DNA of 64,000 nucleotides from an uncultured bacterium (GTDB taxonomy: Bacteria; Babelota; Babeliae; Babelales; Vermiphilaceae): positions 1,344,001-1,408,000 of the forward strand of contig OY969699.1 in NCBI GenBank assembly GCA_963702025.1, read 5' to 3'. Of this stretch, positions 60,751 to 64,000 are shown in pieces. The position numbers and the translations under genes are program-made. Every line of letters begins with the position of its first letter. Within the stretch, counting starts at the first letter, position 1. A model generated the notes under the pieces. The model was not told where the DNA came from and did not search any database. It worked only from the letters and a program-made list of their open reading frames with translations.

Positions 60751-60948
60751 CTAAAATGAGCCATATGTTTTAAAAATATAGCTTGCAATTTTGGAAAAAC
60801 CAAAATCTATTAACCCTAAAAACAACGCAAAGATTAAAACTAATACTAAAACAATTATGGTAGAACCTATCCAATCATCATATTTAGGCCATACCACTTT
60901 GTTAAGCTCTATGCGAACTTCACTTAAAAATTGTACTATATCTTTCAT
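60751..60948 (-). CDS. secE: Preprotein translocase SecE
   Basis: FL.EVR.EL.KVVWP plus one TM helix; canonical position. Confidence 0.93.
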   Translation of the reverse strand: MKDIVQFLSEVRIELNKVVWPKYDDWIGSTIIVLVLVLIFALFLGLIDFGFSKIASYIFKTYGSF

Positions 60949-60987
60949 TACTGATCCATTGCTTGTTGCATGTTACTTGCATCTTTT

Positions 60988-61064
60988 TGGCAGGCCAGGA
61001 GGGATTCGAACCCCCAACCCGCAGATTTGGAGTCTGCCGCTCTACCAATTAGAGCTACTGGCCT
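60988..61064 (-). tRNA. tRNA-Trp(CCA)
   Basis: AGGCCAG acceptor, GCAGA-CTCCAAA-TCTGC anticodon arm, encoded CCA. Confidence 0.95.
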
Positions 61065-61076
61065 ACAAACACTATG

Positions 61077-61235
61077 CTATTTCGTTTCTTTATGCATATG
61101 GTGCTTGCGGCATCGAGAGCAGAACTTCTTCAATGTCAATGAGCCAGCTGACCTTTTCTTTGACACAACTTGCGTATAATTACGCTCTTTACACTCTTCA
61201 CATGCCAGGTGTGTGGTTATTCTATTTTTTGCCAT
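61077..61235 (-). CDS. rpmG: 50S ribosomal protein L33 (zinc-ribbon type)
   Basis: Translated by hand: MAKNRITTHLACEECKERNYTQVVSKKRSAGSLTLKKFCSRCRKHHMHKETK (52 aa, not in the ORF track). Confidence 0.93.
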   Translation of the reverse strand: MAKNRITTHLACEECKERNYTQVVSKKRSAGSLTLKKFCSRCRKHHMHKETK

Positions 61236-61432
61236 ATACTCTCAAGCACTCGTTAAGATTATTACTTAAACACTAAATACACAAAAATTCAGCTTTTTAA
61301 GTCCAGCCTACGCTTATCTGGGTCTTCCGACTCGGCAAGCTTCGGCGGACAGTCTTCACATTTTGCAAAAGCAACTCTCTGTTACTTCCTCAAAACTTGG
61401 CGGCGCCAGGCATAGCCCGCTAGGGCGAAGAC

Positions 61433-61508
61433 TGGAGCCCGCGACCGGGATTGAACCGGTGACCTCTCCCTTACCAAGGAAGTGCTCTACCAACTGAGCT
61501 ACGTGGGC
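61433..61508 (-). tRNA. tRNA-Thr(GGT)
   Basis: Cloverleaf with TTGGTAA anticodon loop and encoded CCA; one A.C mismatch in the acceptor stem. Confidence 0.92.
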
Positions 61509-61651
61509 AAAACTTACTTCTTCTTTTTAACTTTAACGTCAAGGATAGAGTAAAAAACTTAAAATGACAACTTATTTTATCGTAAAACTGCAACGAAGTT
61601 GCTAATAATTTAGTCCATCTTCGCCAACTTGCGCTGAGAACGGGCGAAGAT

Positions 61652-61727
61652 TGGAGCTGGCGACTGGACTTGAACCAGTGACCTGCTGATTACAAATCAG
61701 CTGCTCTACCAACTGAGCTACGCCAGC
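61652..61727 (-). tRNA. tRNA-Thr(TGT)
   Basis: GCTGA-TTTGTAA-TCAGC anticodon arm, encoded CCA. Confidence 0.95.
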
Positions 61728-61920
61728 ATATATCAAATCTTAGGACAGTCTTCGCATCTTGCGCTTAAGCTTTATGATCATTCCTTATAGGTGATGTCGA
61801 AGCCAGGCCCCTTCGACCGGGTCAGGATAAACTCCGCAATTTTTAAGGAATTATCCTTAACTGGCCGCGCCAGGCGTAGCCGTGTTTATACTTCGAAGTC
61901 TAGCCCGCGTAGGCGAAGAC

Positions 61921-61996
61921 TGGAGCGGGAAACGGGAGTCGAACCCGTAACCTACAGCTTGGAAGGCTGCCACTCTACCAATTGAGCTATTCCCGC
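61921..61996 (-). tRNA. tRNA-Gly(TCC)
   Basis: GCGGGAA acceptor, CTTCCAA anticodon loop, encoded CCA. Confidence 0.95.
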
Positions 61997-62286
61997 CTAC
62001 GTTAAAACTACGGCGGGCAGGCCCGCTTTTTTAAAGGATTAATCTTTAAAAAGGCCGTGCAAGCACGCAGTACCGTTTATTTCAAATCTAATAGAATCTA
62101 GGTTATTTAGCTTTAAAAGGCAAGCACTTTAGGTCTTTTTTCAACTTTGGATCCAATGGTAAAGCAAGAAAACGCTCATGCATTAGCGAAAGCAAAGTTC
62201 GCCGGACTTCGGGCGCGATCATTAATCCTTAACTGGCGTTAGCCAGGCGTAGCTTGCCGAGCCGGAAGGCCCGGATAAGCGAAGAC

Positions 62287-62372
62287 TGGTGGCGAGAGTA
62301 GGATTCGAACCTACGAAGACATAAGCCAACGGATTTACAGTCCGTCCCCTTTGACCGCTCGGGAATCTCGCC
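62287..62372 (-). tRNA. tRNA-Tyr(GTA)
   Basis: ACGGA-CTGTAAA-TCCGT arm, long variable arm, encoded CCA. Confidence 0.95.
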
Positions 62373-62401
62373 GATTTCAAATATAAAAAACCTGTGCATC
62401 T

Positions 62402-62430
62402 ATAATAGAGCCTTTTAAAGCATATTTCAA
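62402..62430 (-). promoter_or_regulatory. Putative sigma70 promoter of the tRNA cluster
   Basis: Minus strand reads TTGAAA, 17 nt, TATTAT, about 30 nt upstream of tRNA-Tyr. Confidence 0.6.
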
Positions 62431-62440
62431 CTGCTTTTTA

Positions 62441-63076
62441 TCATTTTTGTTGAAGATAAGGGGGAGTATAGTTAGTTAATGCAAGATGACCATCTTCCCC
62501 TATAATTACCCCTACGTTCTTATTTGCTTTGGAAGGTGCCCAAAAATAGGCAAATTCTCCCTTAAGTTCTGGCTCTAATTCTGCCTCCTTCGGAGTTATT
62601 TTAAAGATTTCATCGTTATTTTTCTTATCTCGCAAAGAGGAAACCGTATAAACGTTAGATTTGGTACTAATGTTCAAATTCTTTTTATCACCATACAGCG
62701 TCATTTTGCGTTTAAAGAGGTTGTTCGGTTTCTTCTTGGCTGAACTAAGTATAGCAGAGCTCAGTTTAGGATCTTCTTTAGTTTGATATGTTATCAACAC
62801 AGGCACATCAGAGTTATTAATTATCTCTCTTATTGTTGGATATTCCACTTCGGTTTCAGAAAGGGGTTCAGTGCTTGTGTAACCCGCTTCATAGAGTGGT
62901 GAACGTATATCACGTTTGGATTTTTTAGTTCGTTCCTCTTGTTCGGATTCAAGAGGCAATGAAGAGGCAATGTCCTTCTCTTCAGGCTGATTCAAAGGAC
63001 GTTTTTTCTGCTCAAGCTTTTCCATACCATTTGTTATAAAAACAGCGAATAATAAAAACATAAAGCCTTTTTTCAT
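62441..63076 (-). CDS. Secreted hypothetical protein
   Basis: AGGAG SD, signal peptide NG|MEK, basic clusters (KKRP, KKSKR). Confidence 0.7.
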   Translation of the reverse strand: MKKGFMFLLFAVFITNGMEKLEQKKRPLNQPEEKDIASSLPLESEQEERTKKSKRDIRSPLYEAGYTSTEPLSETEVEYPTIREIINNSDVPVLITYQTKEDPKLSSAILSSAKKKPNNLFKRKMTLYGDKKNLNISTKSNVYTVSSLRDKKNNDEIFKITPKEAELEPELKGEFAYFWAPSKANKNVGVIIGEDGHLALTNYTPPYLQQK

Positions 63077-63100
63077 GATTACTCCTGATAAAAATGAATA

Positions 63101-63304
63101 TTACGTAGGATTCTTTTTACTGTGGCCAACAATCTCTTTTACTTCTTCAACACAGCTATTACACCCGGTCCCCACCAAAAGCGATTCTTGGAGTTTTTCA
63201 TACGAATCATCGCCCTTGGCAATCGCCGCAAGAATATCCGAATACATTACACCCATGCAGGTGCATACTAAATAATCTGGGCGTTGTAGCAAAGGACTTT
63301 TCAT
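63101..63304 (-). CDS. BFD-like [2Fe-2S]-binding protein
   Basis: VCTCMGV...VGTGCNSC pattern in 67 aa. Confidence 0.85.
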   Translation of the reverse strand: MKSPLLQRPDYLVCTCMGVMYSDILAAIAKGDDSYEKLQESLLVGTGCNSCVEEVKEIVGHSKKNPT

Positions 63305-63308
63305 ACAT

Positions 63309-63737
63309 CTAGTCAGGTTTTATGATTGTTAATTTTCTTTTATCATCATAATAGTCTATTAAACAAAGGCAAACCTTTTCTTTTAATAATGGTGCCACAA
63401 TGGCCGGCCACTCAATAATTGTCCAACTATTGGGCACGTACAGATATTCTGCAAATCCTGCTGCTACAAAATCTTCAAGCGTTGCGATCCGATACAAATC
63501 AAAATGATAAAAAAATTCTTTTTTATCATTTTCATATACATTCAGATAGGTAAAGGTTGGACTTGTTACCAGTTGGCCAACACCACACTGCTTGAGCATC
63601 TCTTTTATTAATGTTGTCTTACCTGCTCCCAAAGGCCCCTCAAAGGTAAAAATACGGCAGGCATCACGGCTATCAGCAAGCTTCTTGCCAATAACCGGTA
63701 TCTCATGTTCATTATAAATAATTATTTCTTTATTCAT
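63309..63737 (-). CDS. tsaE: tRNA threonylcarbamoyladenosine biosynthesis ATPase TsaE
   Basis: GPLGAGKTT, VTSPTF, YHFDLYR, IEW; probable start at 63737. Confidence 0.95.
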   Translation of the reverse strand: MNKEIIIYNEHEIPVIGKKLADSRDACRIFTFEGPLGAGKTTLIKEMLKQCGVGQLVTSPTFTYLNVYENDKKEFFYHFDLYRIATLEDFVAAGFAEYLYVPNSWTIIEWPAIVAPLLKEKVCLCLIDYYDDKRKLTIIKPD

Positions 63738-63741
63738 ATTG

Positions 63742-64000
63742 TTATAACTTCTTAATTTTTTGTAAGTAAGCTCGTTCTTTTTTTGAAGATGTATGCGAGC
63801 CGGGGATTCTATTGTGCGTGTAATCGATTTCCGGTTTTTGTATCTGTTCAATATTTTTCATCATTAATTCATCAATGAGCGCATTTTTTTCCTGCGTCGT
63901 TTTAACAACTGATGCAGATGATTGATGCTCTTTTTTCGATTGCAAAGTATTCCGCAAAAGGGCATAAAATTCAGCCGCATCTATGGATACCAAGCCACGC
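63742..64000 (-). CDS. 3' part of an unknown gene truncated by the window edge
   Basis: Open frame reaching the window end and stopping 4 nt before the tsaE start. Confidence 0.4.
   Translation of the reverse strand, partial: RGLVSIDAAEFYALLRNTLQSKKEHQSSASVVKTTQEKNALIDELMMKNIEQIQKPEIDYTHNRIPGSHTSSKKERAYLQKIKKL

Larger units (their letters stand above)
61302..62289. repeat. Family of GC-rich palindromic repeats interspersed with tRNA genes
   Basis: ...GCGAAGA(C/T)TGG abuts four tRNA 3' ends (61405-435, 61615-654, 61855-923, 62227-289). An inverted copy lies at 61302-356, with related fragments at 61743, 61809 and 61993. Confidence 0.8.

Noticed and set aside
61077..61235. Possible frameshift in rpmG because it is absent from the ORF track
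   Set aside because: Manual translation gives an intact 52-aa protein, shorter than any ORF listed in the track.
60791..61985. ORFs overlapping the tRNA cluster (60791-61276, the 69-aa ORF at 60970-61179, 61791-61985)
   Set aside because: They read through antisense tRNA and rpmG/secE sequence.
63738..63851. N-terminal extension of TsaE
   Set aside because: It overlaps the upstream gene's 3' end; ATG 63737 gives a normal-length TsaE.

Overview
AT-rich bacterial chromosome segment, most consistent with an intracellular protist parasite of the Dependentiae/TM6 type. This assignment is inferred from the many secreted ankyrin proteins, 'AME'-type leaders and gene content; no database search was run. 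From left to right: (1) 0-7 kb holds hflX, uvrD/pcrA, secreted coiled-coil proteins, a REP-like inverted element and DnaA-box-like motifs. (2) 7-24.5 kb is an effector island of 11 signal-peptide ankyrin genes. Eight form a tandem mosaic array joined by a conserved junction, and most carry F-box-like or SOCS-box-like motifs. (3) trpS follows. (4) 25.6-43.4 kb is a five-gene minus-strand surface-protein cluster: three giant Ig-like repeat proteins (two Cys-rich, one with a 7-blade delta-60 propeller), a small head+Ig protein and a Cys-rich predicted outer-membrane barrel. (5) A catalytically degenerate cdaA-cdaR pair and a DUF502 gene come next. (6) A core minus-strand block runs tRNA-Tyr/Gly/Thr/Thr, rpmG, tRNA-Trp, secE, nusG, rplK, rplA, rplJ, rplL, rpoB, rpoC, tRNA-Val, rpsO, pnp, rph, holA-like. 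It lacks tuf, has palindromic repeats attached to tRNA CCA ends, has a Cys-rich insert in RpoB, and the rpoC stop codon lies inside the tRNA-Val gene. (7) The right end holds a hypothetical gene, a bfd-like gene and tsaE.
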